This document shows, piece by piece, positions 13,182 to 26,006 of a stretch of 64,000 nucleotides of DNA (positions within the stretch are counted from its first letter, which is position 1; each line of letters opens with the position of its first letter). The notes below the pieces were generated by a model that worked only from the letters and a program-made list of their open reading frames with translations, searched no databases and had not been told where the DNA came from. Source of the stretch: Somniosus microcephalus (lineage: Eukaryota); assembly GCA_052327205.1 (NCBI GenBank), contig JBMRGM010000043.1:30380001-30444000 (forward strand), written 5' to 3'. The translations under genes and the position numbers were made by a program.

Positions 13182-13276
13182 CTGTGAAAACAGAATATGG
13201 ATTGATAGGTAACAGTTCCTATCACTGTGTTAAACAAATAGCAGAGATTGATAATAAGAGCAAGCCAATACCGAGA

Positions 13277-14385
13277 AACATAGAAACATAGAAGATAGGA
13301 GCAGGAGTTGGCATTCGGCCCCACGAGCCTTCTCCGCCATTCAATGCGATCATGGCCGATCAACCAAATTCAGTACCTGGTCACTGCTTTATCCCCATAC
13401 CCCTTGATCCCTTTAGCATTAAGAAATATATACAACTCCTTCTTGAATATATTTAATGAATTGGCCTCTACTGCCTTCTGTGGCAGAGAATTCCACAGGT
13501 TCACCACTCTCTGGGTGATGAAATTCCTCCTCATTGCTGTCCTAAATGGCTTACCCCTTATCCTTAGAATGTGACCCCTGGTTCTGGACTGCCCGACCAT
13601 CGGGAACATTCTTCCTGCATCTAGTCTGTCCAGTCCCGTCAGAATTTTATAAGTTTCAATGAGATCCCCTCTCATTCTTCTAAACTCCAGCAAGGACAAG
13701 CCCAATCGACCCAATCTCTCCTCATACGTCATTCCTGCCATCCCAGGTATCAGCCTGGTGAATCTTCGCTGAACTCCTTCCATGGCGGGTTAGGTTGATT
13801 GGCTATGATAAATTGACCCTTAGTGTTAGGGGGATTAAATGGGGATAAGTTTTGGTGTAGGGGTTACGGGGATTGGGTGGGATATGTGTCGGTGCAGGCT
13901 CGATGGGCCGAAATGGCCTCTATCTGCACTGTGGGGTTTCTGTGATCTGTGATCCTTCCTCAGATAAGCTGACCAAAACTGCACACAATACTCAAGGTGT
14001 GGTCTCACCACGGCCCTGTATAACTGCAGCAAGACATCCTTGTTCCTGTACTCAAACCATCTCGCTACGAAGGCCAACATGCCAATTCCCTTCTTAACCG
14101 CCTGCTGCACCTGCATGCTTACCTTCAGCGACTGGTGCACTAGGACACACAGGTCTTGTTGCACTTCCCCTTCTCCCAATCTATTGCGATTCAGATAATA
14201 ATCTGCCTTCCTGTTTTTGCCACCAAATTGGATAACCTCACATTTATCCACGTTATATTGCATCTGCCACGCTTTTGCCCAATCACCCAATCTCTCCAAA
14301 TCAGCCTCGAGTTTCTTGGCATCCTCCTCATAGCACACACGCCCAGCAAGCTTTGTGTCGTCTGCAAATTTGGAGAGATTACATC
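13277..14385 (-). mobile_element. 5'-truncated CR1 with a nested HE1-like SINE 3' fragment (~13785-13951, +)
   Basis: ORFs 13370-13783 and 13835-14338, catagaaa-type tail at 13277. The insertion is absent from the paralogous introns at ~19350 and ~56040. Confidence 0.92.
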
Positions 14386-15202
14386 TAGAGAATAGCCACG
14401 ATGGGCGCCTATACTTAATGGTAACCAGCAGCTGTATTGTGGATCACTGGAGCAGGAAGCATTATTATGTTTTTATGGATTTCCTCTCGCTGCTTTGTTT
14501 GCGGAGAACTTAACCTGATTAATTTATTCTGCTGAAACCGGAATTCCATACTGGGCAAGGCTTAATTATCAGCAGGAATATCCTCCCTTAGATCTTTTCT
14601 CTTTTAGCCATTCTCTGCTGCGTCTTCACCATCTAGTATGACCAGGGTGAACTCCACCAATATCCACAGCTACATTGCTCTGTCCCTAGCCAGCCCCCAG
14701 CTCAGCTGTCACCATCTGAAATTAAAAAGACTCCCGATTCTCCCGGCCAGGGTGATGGATCAGTGATGATATAACTCACCCGTTGCGATGATAAGGGCAT
14801 CCAACGGCATCAGCGTACAGATTTTATTAGGAGCCTGTGATTAAGCTTATGCCAAACAGGTAAGTGGAAAGGGCAAAAGAGAGGGGAGAGGAGCACACTG
14901 CTTATTGTGTCCTTCCACACAGTCCATCAGCGGACCCACCACTGAATTTTCAGGAGTACCTGCTGGTGCATTTTGTCAACTCATCATCGTGGTTGTTAGG
15001 GAGAGAGGCACCATCATATTTCGGTTTAGTGGGGGAATACTCCCCGTCAGCCTCTTGATGTAACAGGCTGGTAATGGGAAGCCGCCAAATTCTCCTCTGA
15101 GGTGGGGCGGGAGGAGAAAGATAGCTGCCAGTGCGTGCACGGGAGGAGACCCACCCTGGGTTAATTATTGGCTAAAGTAGCACGGTGTTAGACAGCCATC
15201 AT

Positions 15203-15921
15203 GGGCCAAGTTTTCCAACCCCCACGGGTGCATACGAGCTGTGTACTCACCCATAGGGGCCTTGCAGGTACCGATTTCAGGTATGCGCTTAAAACCGGCA
15301 CCTGCGATCTGTCAAGAATTCTCTTGACAGATGATCCACTTGCCCAAGAAAAGAGCCTCTGTGGCTGGAGAGTTTGCACAACTTCCGGCAGCTGAAAGGC
15401 TGTAGAATTCGTCCGACTGGTAAAAGTAGGCATAAGAGTGATGAAAGTTAGAAATAACAAATTTGATCACTCACTTATAAGTTAGAAATACTCTTGAAAC
15501 GGTAAATTATTTATAGCCCAGTAAAAATGTTTAATTTTTTTTCTATAAATTATGTTTAAAATATTTAATTAAATGGAATTTTAATTCATTTTAATTTTGT
15601 AATTTTAAATAGTTTATTTACTGTTTTAGTGTGTTTTTAAATGTGGTTCCCAATCATACTTTTGACAGTTCAGTCCCTACAGACCTGTCAAATGTATGAA
15701 GGGGGATTCCCTTCTTTGATTTGTTCGCCTTTCTCACGTGATCCCAGGAGCGCTTGCAAACCGTATGTGCCCCTGGGATACCTGGGCCTCTGCGCATTTC
15801 CAACAGGAGAGGCCCAGGATCGGAAGCCTCGGGCTCTCCAAACCAGCAGGTAAGTTCGTAGATTTGTTTCCGATTGGAGGCATCTACCGGCAGGAAACCG
15901 CCGAACGGAAATTCAAGGCCT
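15203..15921. mobile_element. MITE-like non-autonomous DNA element
   Basis: Absent from the paralogous site at ~20172. Imperfect ggcc..tttcc / ggaaatt..ggcc termini, GC-rich arms and an AT-rich core; resembles 25241-26006. Confidence 0.65.
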
Positions 15922-16057
15922 CTATGACCTAACACGAACAAATTCTTCCGAGCTCACACAGCTATGCATAAATGTGGACAGATTCAGAACCTCTCGGACC
16001 TGTAATATGGATAAATATCCAAGAGCGATATCGCCAATTGAAATATTGCCGACGTAC

Positions 16058-16315
16058 CTTGAACGTGAACATGAACACTTCGTGATTCCTTATTGCCAAC
16101 AGTGCAATGCTATGATCTGCTGTCTTTTGAACTATTCACTCTAATGCTATGCAGAGCTCTCCGATCGGTCAACTTCATTGAGTGAATCCTTATATTGCCA
16201 TTGTAAAAGCCAACATCTTTATGCCTCCAATAATGCATTCTGAACCAACAATTCAGATTCAGAACACCTCCTTCCAAAACCGAAGGTGGGTCGACATTGA
16301 AGGCCACTTTGCGAT
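16058..16315 (-). pseudogene. Gene A Ig exon D3b with an in-frame TAG
   Basis: 258 bp with intact splice sites. TAG at 16110-16112 replaces the Tyr of DSxSYHC (TAC in D3a). Confidence 0.85.
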
Positions 16316-17387
16316 CTAATGTTGGGAACAAAATGTGGCGGTTTTAGCTTAACAAATGCTTAACTCAAACTGAGAACTGCTCCACAACAGCCCGTATACA
16401 TTGGACACGAGAAAACCCCAATCCCAACTCCAGGCAAGTCTGGGAAAAAGAAGAACAGAAAGGAAACAGCAGTCGGGTGGTGTTGAATTTACTGATGGTT
16501 GTAAATGGGGTTTATTGATAATCTATCCTCGTGCAGCAGCTCCCCACCATTTGGCCCAGCTCTTCTTAGTTTGATACACTGAAAATAAACTATTTTGGGA
16601 ACGACGGTTAAGCAACGCCCGAGCACATAAGGGATTAGAAAATCTAGCACTAATGATCACTTATTGCTTACCGAACTCACAGTAAATGTACTCCATTGAT
16701 CTCAACAGAAGGAAACTCCACCGGATTCTGTGAGGTGCATTCCATCCCCCCCTCCGACCAGATTATGGAAGGTGTGCATCCAGCTCCTTTTGCTTTCTGA
16801 GCCTCCCAGAGGGCACACAGTGCCCGAGTTGCGTTGTGACGATAAGGAAAGAGTGCGCCAAACCTTCCTGGCCTCAGCTACATGCCTGATTCAGCTACAC
16901 TCTCTCATCCATTAGCAAGAGATCTGCCTATGTTGGGACGGGCTTACGCTGGTTTCTGTAGGGCAGTGACAGGCGCACATCAGTAGGCCCGAGGGCACTG
17001 CCACTAGCCTCATGTTCACTGTAAAATTCTATCTAACTCCACCGCTCCACCTGGCAAATCATTCTATGTTCCAGCACTCGTCTATATAAAGAACGTCCTT
17101 CTAAGCGCTACCCTCCCGCTTTAATGATAATTATACATTACTGATCCCTCCTTCCTGTCTTCGCAATCAGAGAAAATATCTTTCCCTAATCGCCCAATTT
17201 CGGAATTTGCATTTAAAAACCACTAATGAAATAACCTTTAGCTATGGCTAACCCGGTAGTGTTAGTCCCAATACCTCAAGTCTATCCTGGTGAATACACT
17301 TTTACTTCCCTGGTGTACGCTACCCGTATTCTATGATTTTCATGTTCTCTTTAAAAGTGTTATAACATTGTCTTAAATTGTACTCAC

Positions 17388-17666
17388 ATCTGACTGAAAC
17401 GGAAACCTGATTACTCAGTTTCTTCACCTCACTGTTCAAAGTAGTTGCTTCGCTCCAGTAATTCCCCGAATCGTCCGGCCGAGATGTCTTCTTGATGTAA
17501 TAGTTGTTGTCTGCCGCTGAAGTGAGAGATTGTCCATCTTTGTAAAATACGAGTCTCAAGGAAGTATTGGATCGAAATATTTTAACCAAACAGGCGAGAT
17601 TTAACTGTTGGTCCACAAATAATTGAGCTCCAGACTCAGCCCTCAGTGTAGGTATGGAGAAGACCT
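17388..17666 (-). CDS. Gene A Ig exon D5a, open frame but F-strand Cys lost (DSGNYWSEA)
   Basis: 279 bp, splice sites intact; YWS where D5b has YRC. Confidence 0.7.
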
Positions 17667-18995
17667 CTATAAAATAGAATAATGCATGGATTTTCCGGGT
17701 TCCACATCCATCACAGACTTAACAATTTATGTGTTTGGACAACTCACGTTAATGAGCAGAAGAATGAAAAGCCGACAGCAGCTCAGAGAAAGAGGCTTTC
17801 AATAATCCTTGATTGCGCTCTGCCACGGGAATATACAGTTCGGGACATTGACACAGTTATCACTTGAGATCTGAACATCCTGTCGTGGCTAGATTTGGGA
17901 ACAAGTTAACCCTTCCATTGAAATGAATGGAAGAAACATCCTGCGGGTCCTCTGAGATTATCCCCCAACACCCCAACCCCACAACCCCATCATTTGAACT
18001 CTGCTCTCAGCCCAGGCGATGCTTTACTCCCGGGTCTTAATTACTGAAATATCCTTGGTCGTTGTGGCAGCACCTGTAAATTTTAGGACCTTCATGTTAA
18101 ACGCTCAGCTACTATCAATACAATTTTTCTGAAATCCACTGCCGACACAGGATTGATAACTCCCACCTTGTTTTCAGATTGCCTGCTCCATTGAAAATGC
18201 GAAGCTCGAGTTATGATTGGTCGGATCTAAAAGATTGGGAAGGAATCCCCGGGCACCAGAGGCACAGACGTTAGTGACCTCGGGCATTTTGCATCCACCG
18301 CTACTGAAATTGGAGGGAGTGAAAATTCAAGTTTGTCTGGGGTAAAAAACCGGTGGTAGCAGATTGCTCACCCTTTATAAACACAGGCCAATTTCAATTC
18401 AATTTTCTGCCGTTCAGTTTTAGCGCTCTCAATGTTAAATTTTACCCCCGAGTTTTCAACTATAAAAGATTTCCGGGGCTAGTAAGTGGTAAGGCATTGG
18501 CTGATTAATCACCCTGCTGTTCCTGACCAGGTTCTGCTCGCTGCTGAATATGCCAGTTAGAAACAGGGAAGGTAACTTTACCTTGGGGTTATGGGTTAAA
18601 ATGCACGGCATCGAATCTTGCACCAATTCTACACTACGCGCGATATTCCTGTCCATTGAAGATCAATGGATGCAAAAACGGTCGGGACATATAATGGGAG
18701 ATAAATTCAATATCGCCCAATTCCACACTATTTCAGGAAGCTACTATTACCCACTGGGAGTGGGCGCTGGTCCTTAAACGTAGCAGCTTTTAAAACCTCG
18801 GTTTTCAGCAAATGTATGGATAGTGTAAGAACCAGGTGGCGCTGTCATTTAGCAGGTTGCATTCAAAATTGATTATTACGTCATAAACTTGTGGGTAAAT
18901 CCTTTACCAGACTGGATCCCTCTCGTATGTTTATTTAAGTATAATCCCCTGAAGAATTCTTTCATTCAACTATAATTACAGCTGGCTGTCCTTAC

Positions 18996-19258
18996 CTTTA
19001 ACCGCAATGGAAACCTCATCACTCTTTTTCACAACGCGGTAGGAAATATTTGCTTCACACAGGTAAGTCCCCGAGTCCTTCAAAGAAGCTGTCTCCGTGA
19101 GCTTAAATGTGTTGTATGAAGTCAATATCAGAGCTTCGCCATTTTTGTAAAATGAGTATTGAAGCCCATTACTGTACGGCATTGTTTCAATAATATTGTT
19201 ATTGTTTCAAATATTTCAACTGCAGGGTCAGTCCTCAGTTTAGGTTTGAAGAAGAGTT
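18996..19258 (-). pseudogene. Gene A Ig exon D4a, frameshifted
   Basis: 263 bp versus 279 in D4b. The GDQLKFIC segment is replaced by a local attgtttcaa duplication, which removes the first Cys and shifts frame to a TGA. Confidence 0.85.
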
Positions 19259-20307
19259 CTGTGAAAGCAGAATCTGGATTGACAGGTAACATTTCCTATC
19301 ACTGAGTTAAACAGACAGCAGAGCTTTTTAATAGGAGCAAGGCAATACCGCAAATCGCCACGAGGGGCGTCTACAATTAACGGTAACTAGCAGCTGTATT
19401 GTGGAACACTAGAGCAGGAAGCATTACTATATTGTTGTGGAATTCCTCTCGCTGCTTTGTTTGCGGAGATCTTAATCTGCTTAATATAAAGCGCTGAAAC
19501 AGAAATTCCAACCAGGACAAGACTTATATTTCAGCAGGGATCCTCCCATAGCTCTTTTCTCTTTTAGCCATTATCTGCCGTGTCTCACCATCTACTATGA
19601 CCACGGTGAACTCCACAATTGTTCGCAGCAAAATCGCTCTGTCCCCAACAAAGCCCCCTGCTCAGTTGTCACCATCTGAATTTACAAAGACTCCAGATTC
19701 TCACGGTCAGGGCGATGGATCAGTGATGATATAACACACCCGCTGCGATGACAAGGGCATCCAAGGGAATCTGCTCCCATAGTTTATTAGGGGTCTGTGG
19801 CGAAGTTTGCGCCAAACACGTAAGTGAAAATAGCAAAACAGAGTGGAGAGGAGCACACTGCTTATTCTATCCTTCCACAATGTTCGTCAGCGGACCGACC
19901 ACTGACGTTCCAGGGTCTCACGAGGACCTGCTGGTACTTTATGTCAAATATACTCATCGTGCTTATTAAGGACAGAGGCAGCATCAAATTTCGGTTTCGT
20001 GGCAGAAAACTGCCCGTCAGCCTCTAGATGTCACATGGTGGTAATGGGGGAAGCCGCCAAATTCTCCTCAAAGGTGGGTCGGGAGGAGAAAGAAATCTGC
20101 TGGAGCTGGCATGGGAGGAGACCCGCCCGTGTTAAATATCGACTAAAGTAGCACGTTGTTAGACAAACATCATATGACCTAACGTGAACAAATTATTCCG
20201 AGATCACAGAACTATATATAATTTTGTACAGATTCAGAAATTCTCGGACCAGTAATATTTATAAATATTAAAGAGGGATATCACCAATTGAAATTTTGCA
20301 TACGTAC

Positions 20308-20562
20308 CGTGAACGTGAACATGAACACTTCGAGAAATTTTCTTGTCAATAGTACAATGGTATGATCCACTGTCTTTTGAACTATTCACCCTAATGCTAT
20401 GCAGAGCGTTCCAATAATACAACTTCATTGAGTGGATCCTTCTATTTCCTTTGTAAAAGCCAACATCTTTCCACAAATAATATTTTCTGTACCGACAATT
20501 CAGATTCAGAACATCTCCTTCCAAAACCGAAGGTGGGTCGACCTGGAAGGCCACATCGCCAT
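20308..20562 (-). CDS. Gene A Ig domain D3a (intact; FcR/FCRL D2-like)
   Basis: 255 bp, cattag / G|gtacgt; VAFQVDPPSVLEGDVLNLNC..GFYKG..DSGSYHC..VHVHV. Confidence 0.9.
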
Positions 20563-21539
20563 CTAATGTTGGGAACAAAATTTCGTAGTTTAGTTTAACA
20601 AATGATTAAATCAAACGAAGAACTGCTTCGACAACAGCCCGAATACATTGGACACGTTATATAATCCCAATCCCAAATCCAATCCAGGCTGGGGCAAATA
20701 CAGAACAGAAAGGAAGCAGTGGACAGTTGCTGTTGAATATACTGATGGTTCCAATTTGGGTTCATTGGTATTGCTCTCCTCCTGCAGCACTTCCCCACCA
20801 TTTGGCCCAGCTACTCTTAGGTTGGAACACTGAAAATAATCTACGTTGGGCACGGCGGTTAAGAAACTCATAAGCAGAAAAGGGAATAGAAAATCCGGCA
20901 CAAAGGATCACGTATTGCTCACTGAACCCGCCGTATATGTACACTTTTGATTTCAAAAGAAGGAAATTACGCCGGATTTTTTGAGGAGCATTCCATCCAC
21001 AGCACCAGATTCTGGAAGGAGTGCATCCAGCTCATTTTGCCTTCTGAATCGGCCAGTGGGCACAAGGTCCCAGAGATGCGTTGTCAACATAAGGTAAAGA
21101 GTGCCCCAAATATTCCAGGCCTCAGCTATAAGCCTGAACCAGCTACAATCTTCCATCCATTAGCATCAAATCCGCCTATGTTGGGATGGTCTTACGTTGG
21201 TTTGCATACACATCAGTAGGACCGAGATCACTGCCAGGAGACTCATGTTAACTTTGAAATGGGGCTTTCTGGTTGCAGTCACAAATTAGCAGTTCAAAAT
21301 CTTCCAATATCTACGATCGACAGGCAGGAGTTTGGGGTGTGAGAATTTAATTCAAATAACTACCTACCTTGTTATCACTTTAGGATGCCCTTGGATCCTC
21401 ACAAAGACTTTGGTTGGCAGATTAAGCGGACGAAAGCTCCACCACCAGTGTCCTTCAAGAGCCCTCCTCTCTTGGGGTCCGCCATTGTAAATGAATAGGA
21501 AACTTTTGTGGAAGACCAGAAACATCCCTCCTGACTCAT

Positions 21540-21765
21540 AGTACATTGTACACGATATTTACAGCAGAGAGCCAGGCCATTCGGCCTAATAGGTCCATGC
21601 AGGTGCTTATCTTCCACACGGGTCTCTTCCCAGCCTTCATCATCTACCCCATCAAGATATCCTTCAATTCCTTTCTCGCTCATGTAATTATCTAGCTTCA
21701 CCTTAATTGCAGTTCCCTCAACTACTCCCTGTGGGAGCGAGTTCCACATTCTAACCACCCTCTTA
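21540..21765 (-). mobile_element. CR1 3' end fragment
   Basis: VRMWNSLPQGVVE..KLDNYM motif and the ggccattcggcc 3' UTR. Confidence 0.75.
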
Positions 21766-22144
21766 TTACTAGCCCATATGCAGGCCTAATGATATGAGCA
21801 CGGGGATGCCCATGCAATCGCCCAGCAGCGTGAGAGCACGGAAATGAAATGCAGATGAACTCCAACGACATTTCCCGATAATTCTCAGGAGCAACCGAGA
21901 AGGAGACATGCACTCCTACGGATTCATGGGGCCCTTACAGTTAACGCAGTGGCTGATTTTGCCACATGCGACCCAGAAGCTTGCCTACAATGCACAGCTT
22001 GGAATGTTTTCCCAGTAATTGCAAATATTTACCAACTTCAACAAAAATTGTCGAGCCAAAGAATGTTCTTCGCATCGTTTTCCATCTTTCAGCAAATTAA
22101 CAAGCAGCAACTTTGGGAGGAAAACAGCAAAGCCAGCGACCAAC

Positions 22145-22405
22145 CTGTTACGGTGAGGTTTACTTCCTGCGAGACCCACTTCCTGTAGCCTATTTTGCAT
22201 TCACACCGATAAGATGCCCCATCTGCAATTTCTGCTTTAGTTATGATGTACTGAGATTGAGAACTTCCATGTATTATCTCTTCTTTCTGATACCACAGGA
22301 AGTATCCTCTCCCTTTCTGGTCAGACACCAAACAATTCAGGATAATTCTTTCACCTGACAGCGTGGCTCTTGGTTTTACTTCAAGAGTTAAAATCATATC
22401 AGAAG
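22145..22405 (-). CDS. Gene A Ig domain D2
   Basis: 261 bp, ttttcag / AG|gttggt; GERIILNC...FLWYQ...DGASYRC. Confidence 0.92.
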
Positions 22406-22989
22406 CTGAAAATATGTAAGAAATATTAAGTAAGTACAAATTGTAATATGTTAAACTACAGGTATGACATCCTATAGTATATTTCCATTAGAGTGCATCT
22501 ATAGTAATCACTTCAGTAAAGAACAACAGGCCTATAACCCGAAAAGCTGTAGTGACAAATGTGGCATTAGAAAGTCACGTGTCCCTTCTTATGTTCAGCT
22601 GATGCCCCGTATGTTGTCCTTCAAACGTTCATCAAATAACTTTTACTTCGAAACCCGATTCTACAAATCAGCAACAAACTCGGCACTCTTTCAAGGAACG
22701 ACTGGTATTTGTTCATTGGGTGTGGTGAGACTAAAGGAGCTGGGATTGTTCTATTTAGAGCAGAGCTGGTTGAAGGGAGGTGCGGCAGAATGGTATCATT
22801 CATCCCAGTGTCCACTTGGCAATTTTGCTCAAGTAAGTAATATGTTTGATACACTGTCTCACAATATATACTGAGAGTCCTCTTTAAAACAGTAAATTTT
22901 CGTGACAAGAGCTGAGCTGACTATGGGTCAAAGTTCAGCGACTGATGGTGGCCACTTCCAGCGGTTTGACTCAGCAGCCAATAATCAAC

Positions 22990-23350
22990 AGTAGGCGTGG
23001 CTCAATCGCCTCTGCGACAATAAGGCGTTGGTTCGAATCCCACACCAGAGACTCCCGGTGTCGTTATTGCAGGAAACGGTTCCTTTCCAATGAGACATTA
23101 TACTGAGGCCCCATATCCCCACTTAGATGGACGTCAAAAATCCAACAAAAATAATTGAAAGAGCAATCATTAGAGCAAGCATAGAAGTGTAAAATGATCT
23201 GGTCATTATTACAATGCTCTTTGTGGGAGCTTTGCTCTGCCCGAACTAGCTGTCACTTATCTCACGTTACATCAGTGACTATATTGAAAAGTAATTAATT
23301 GTCTGTGCAGTGCAATCGGAGGTCGTGATAGACGCTATATGAATGCTTAT
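22990..23350 (+). mobile_element. Degenerate tRNA-headed Deu-domain SINE (SacSINE1-like)
   Basis: gtggctca A-box-like, ggttcgaatccc B box, Deu-like 3' (gtgggagc..cagtgact..cgctatatgaatgc). Confidence 0.6.
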
Positions 23351-23402
23351 TATTCTGTCTTTTGTCTATTTTCTATGCTATTAAGTGTCAAAGTTCACCT
23401 AC

Positions 23403-23654
23403 CGATTGTGACCACTTCCAGAGCCTCACTCCTCTCCGATTTGTTTGACCATACATCACACTGGTAAGAGCCTCCACTGCTGCTGTCTGCTAGTGATTCA
23501 TAAAACTCACTCTGAGGTTCATGTAAATGTATATTATTTTTTAACCAATTAGTGTAAATAGCTTTGCCACTGTATCGACACTGCAGCTTAAATTCCTCTC
23601 CTTCCTTTACCACACCACTGCTGGGAAAACTAACCAGCACTTCCGGCCCAGGAG
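23403..23654 (-). CDS. Gene A N-terminal Ig domain D1
   Basis: 252 bp, tctttctgcag / G|gtaggt; KEGEEFKLQC..NWLKN..GGSYQC. Confidence 0.92.
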
Positions 23655-23989
23655 CTGCAGAAAGACAATAAATGGAATTTATGATTAGAAATTTGGAAAC
23701 TTCCAGTCTTTGCACTATACACTGTAGTAAGTACAGTGGGTAATTTCTACTCAGTGTCCCAACCAGGTGCGACATATCGGGTGTCTATTGATCGAAATTT
23801 CTATTCATGAAGTGAAATTAACTTGCTGAAATCGGGTGGTAACGGCCTCGACATGGGGTCGGTAGACTTATCATCCATTTAACGCCGATACTCTGCCCCC
23901 TACCATTTTCACAAGGACCAATGTTTGGGCGGCACAATCGCCTCCCTGTATCAGGTGGTAGGCGTTTTAAATCTATCAATTAACTTAAA

Positions 23990-24570
23990 TCTTAACAGTG
24001 TCTCCTTATTTACTGTATCAAAACCTTTCATGATTTTGAACACCTCTATCAAGTCACACCTTAAACTTCTGTGCTCAAAGGAGAACAGCTCTCGTTTCTC
24101 CATGCAACTGAAATCCCGTGTCCCTGGTGCACTTTTAGTAAATGTCCTTTGCAATTTCCAGCATTAATTTGCATCAGCCATGTGTCTGCCCATTTCACCA
24201 GTCTGTCTTTATCCTTCTGATGTCTGTTTCTATCTTTCGCATTGCTAGCTACATTTCCGAGCTTCATGACTTCTGCAAGGTTTGTAATTGTACCCCTGTA
24301 TACCCAAGTCCTAGTGATATATAATTATCAGACAGAACAGAGGTCCCAATACAGACCTCTGCGAGACACCACTGAATATTCACTTCACAACCAATCTCTG
24401 CTATTTGTCTCAGTCCATTTCTTATCCACACTGCCACTTCCCCTTATTCACATGGATTTCAATTTTGCTAACAAATCTGTTATGTGGAACTTCATTAAGC
24501 GCTTTTTGAAAGCCTATACACAACATTAACGCACTAATTTCATCAACACTTGCTGTTACTTCATCAAAGA
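23990..24570 (-). mobile_element. Old degenerate CR1 fragment
   Basis: QRTFTK..LRCDLIEVFKIMKGFD and DRLVKWADTW motifs. Confidence 0.75.
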
Positions 24571-24950
24571 ACTGTTTTTTTATCAATCCATATAATTACT
24601 CATTTATTATTACTCGCTGCCAATCCTCAGGTGACTGAGCTGGCAGTTACCGAGACCAATTTATAGGTCACTTTGTCTTTAACATATTGTGGTCGACATT
24701 AAATTTGGTGCTGAGGCTTAAAACTGCGGTTCTGATTGGCCGACCGTGAGAGAAACCGCCCACTTTACATTCCCACTGAATCAATGAAAATGATGATCGA
24801 ATGTTTCTCTTAACTTCGCGTATCCAGGTGGTCAGTTTTATGCTCGGGTGAACAACTGAAAATTACTCAATTGTTGGATTGTTACTGTCCTTTAGCTATA
24901 AATTGGAAGCGTTCATTCCACAAACCGAATGGACATTATTGTCATCATAC

Positions 24951-24980
24951 CTTGTGTGGTCGCCTGATGAGTAATTTGCA
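24951..24980 (-). CDS. Gene A 30-bp leader mini-exon S2 (xQITHQATTQ)
   Basis: Acceptor ttgtcttctctctttcag, donor AAG|gtatga, phase 1-1, joins D1 in frame, conserved in three copies. A split leader with a mini-exon is typical of FcR/FCRL/LRC genes. Confidence 0.85.
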
Positions 24981-25240
24981 CTGAAAGAGAGAAGACAATG
25001 TAAAATATGTTTCATTATCTGAGACCATCTTCAAGTTTGACCTAAGCTGCTAAGCTGTAATGCAGCTGACTAGAGGGAACACCGAGGGGGTGAAATTCGA
25101 CTTTGGCAGGGACATAAAATAGGCGGTACCGCATTTGCCGCCAGTCTATACGTGCCGCCAGGTATTCAGTTCAGTTGATGTGAATGTAAATAATAATACA
25201 TCGAATTATGTCGATTGACCCTCTCACGAACAAAGATAAG

Positions 25241-26006
25241 GGCCCAGAAATTCGGGTCGTGGGCTTCCCGCGGGTGCAAGCCCCCGACCTGCACTTACTT
25301 TGCGCGCCTGACGTTGAGCTGTGGGCCCGCGTGGAATTCCGATCCTGGGCATGCTCCAACTGCCGGCGCAGAGTGCTTGCGTATCCCAAGGGCGCAGTTA
25401 GTTCAATGCATTCCCTCGGATCACGTGCGCCATGGAGAGCCAATTGGAGCAGGGAATGCCCATTCATAAGTTTGACAGGAAGAGCTGTCATAACTTATCA
25501 ATACTACGGGACCCAAAACATCACTAAATCTTCAAATGATTTTAAAAATTCGTCACAGTTTTTTAAATAAACTATAAATTACATGAAATAACTATTTTAA
25601 ACAATAATTTACATTTATGAAAAGAATAATTTTATTTTCTAACGGGTTTAAAAATAAACTTACCTTGCTTTAAAGTATTTTAAAATAATAAACCTGAGGA
25701 AATTTTTTTTTAATTTTAGTTAATTCACCGCACTTACCTTGTAAAAAGCAGGCCTCACACCTGGTTTTTAACGTGTAACTTCTGGAGACATACCCTCCTG
25801 GGAAAATCTGCAAAATAAACGTAACTTGGATGCGCATGCGCAGCTTCTCCCGTGCACGCTGTCAACCTCTGAATCCCTTCTTTCGGGGGAACAGAAGCGC
25901 CGGTTTCCCCCGCATACAAAGTGCTTGCACTAAACCGGCACTTCCATTGGGCTTACGGGAGAGTACCCCATGCGTGCTCACCCGTGGAGAACCGAATTTA
26001 CGGGCC
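25241..26006. mobile_element. MITE-like DNA element with terminal inverted repeats
   Basis: ggcccagaaattcgg ... ccgaatttacgggcc termini; empty site at ~34560 and ~61657. Confidence 0.75.

Larger units (their letters stand above)
11069..21260. repeat. Intragenic tandem duplication of the D3-D4-D5 block (units ~11069-17028 and ~17029-21260)
   Basis: Exons and introns align between units, e.g. 11069 atctaacttcaccgttccacctg vs 17031 atctaactccaccgctccacctg; 16980 tcagtaggcccgag vs 21213 tcagtaggaccgag. Confidence 0.9.

Noticed and set aside
10458-23654. Rearranging Ig/TCR/IgNAR V segments
   Set aside because: The domains are short C2/I-type exons with ordinary GT donors. I saw no heptamer-nonamer RSS beside them, and no J or C segments.
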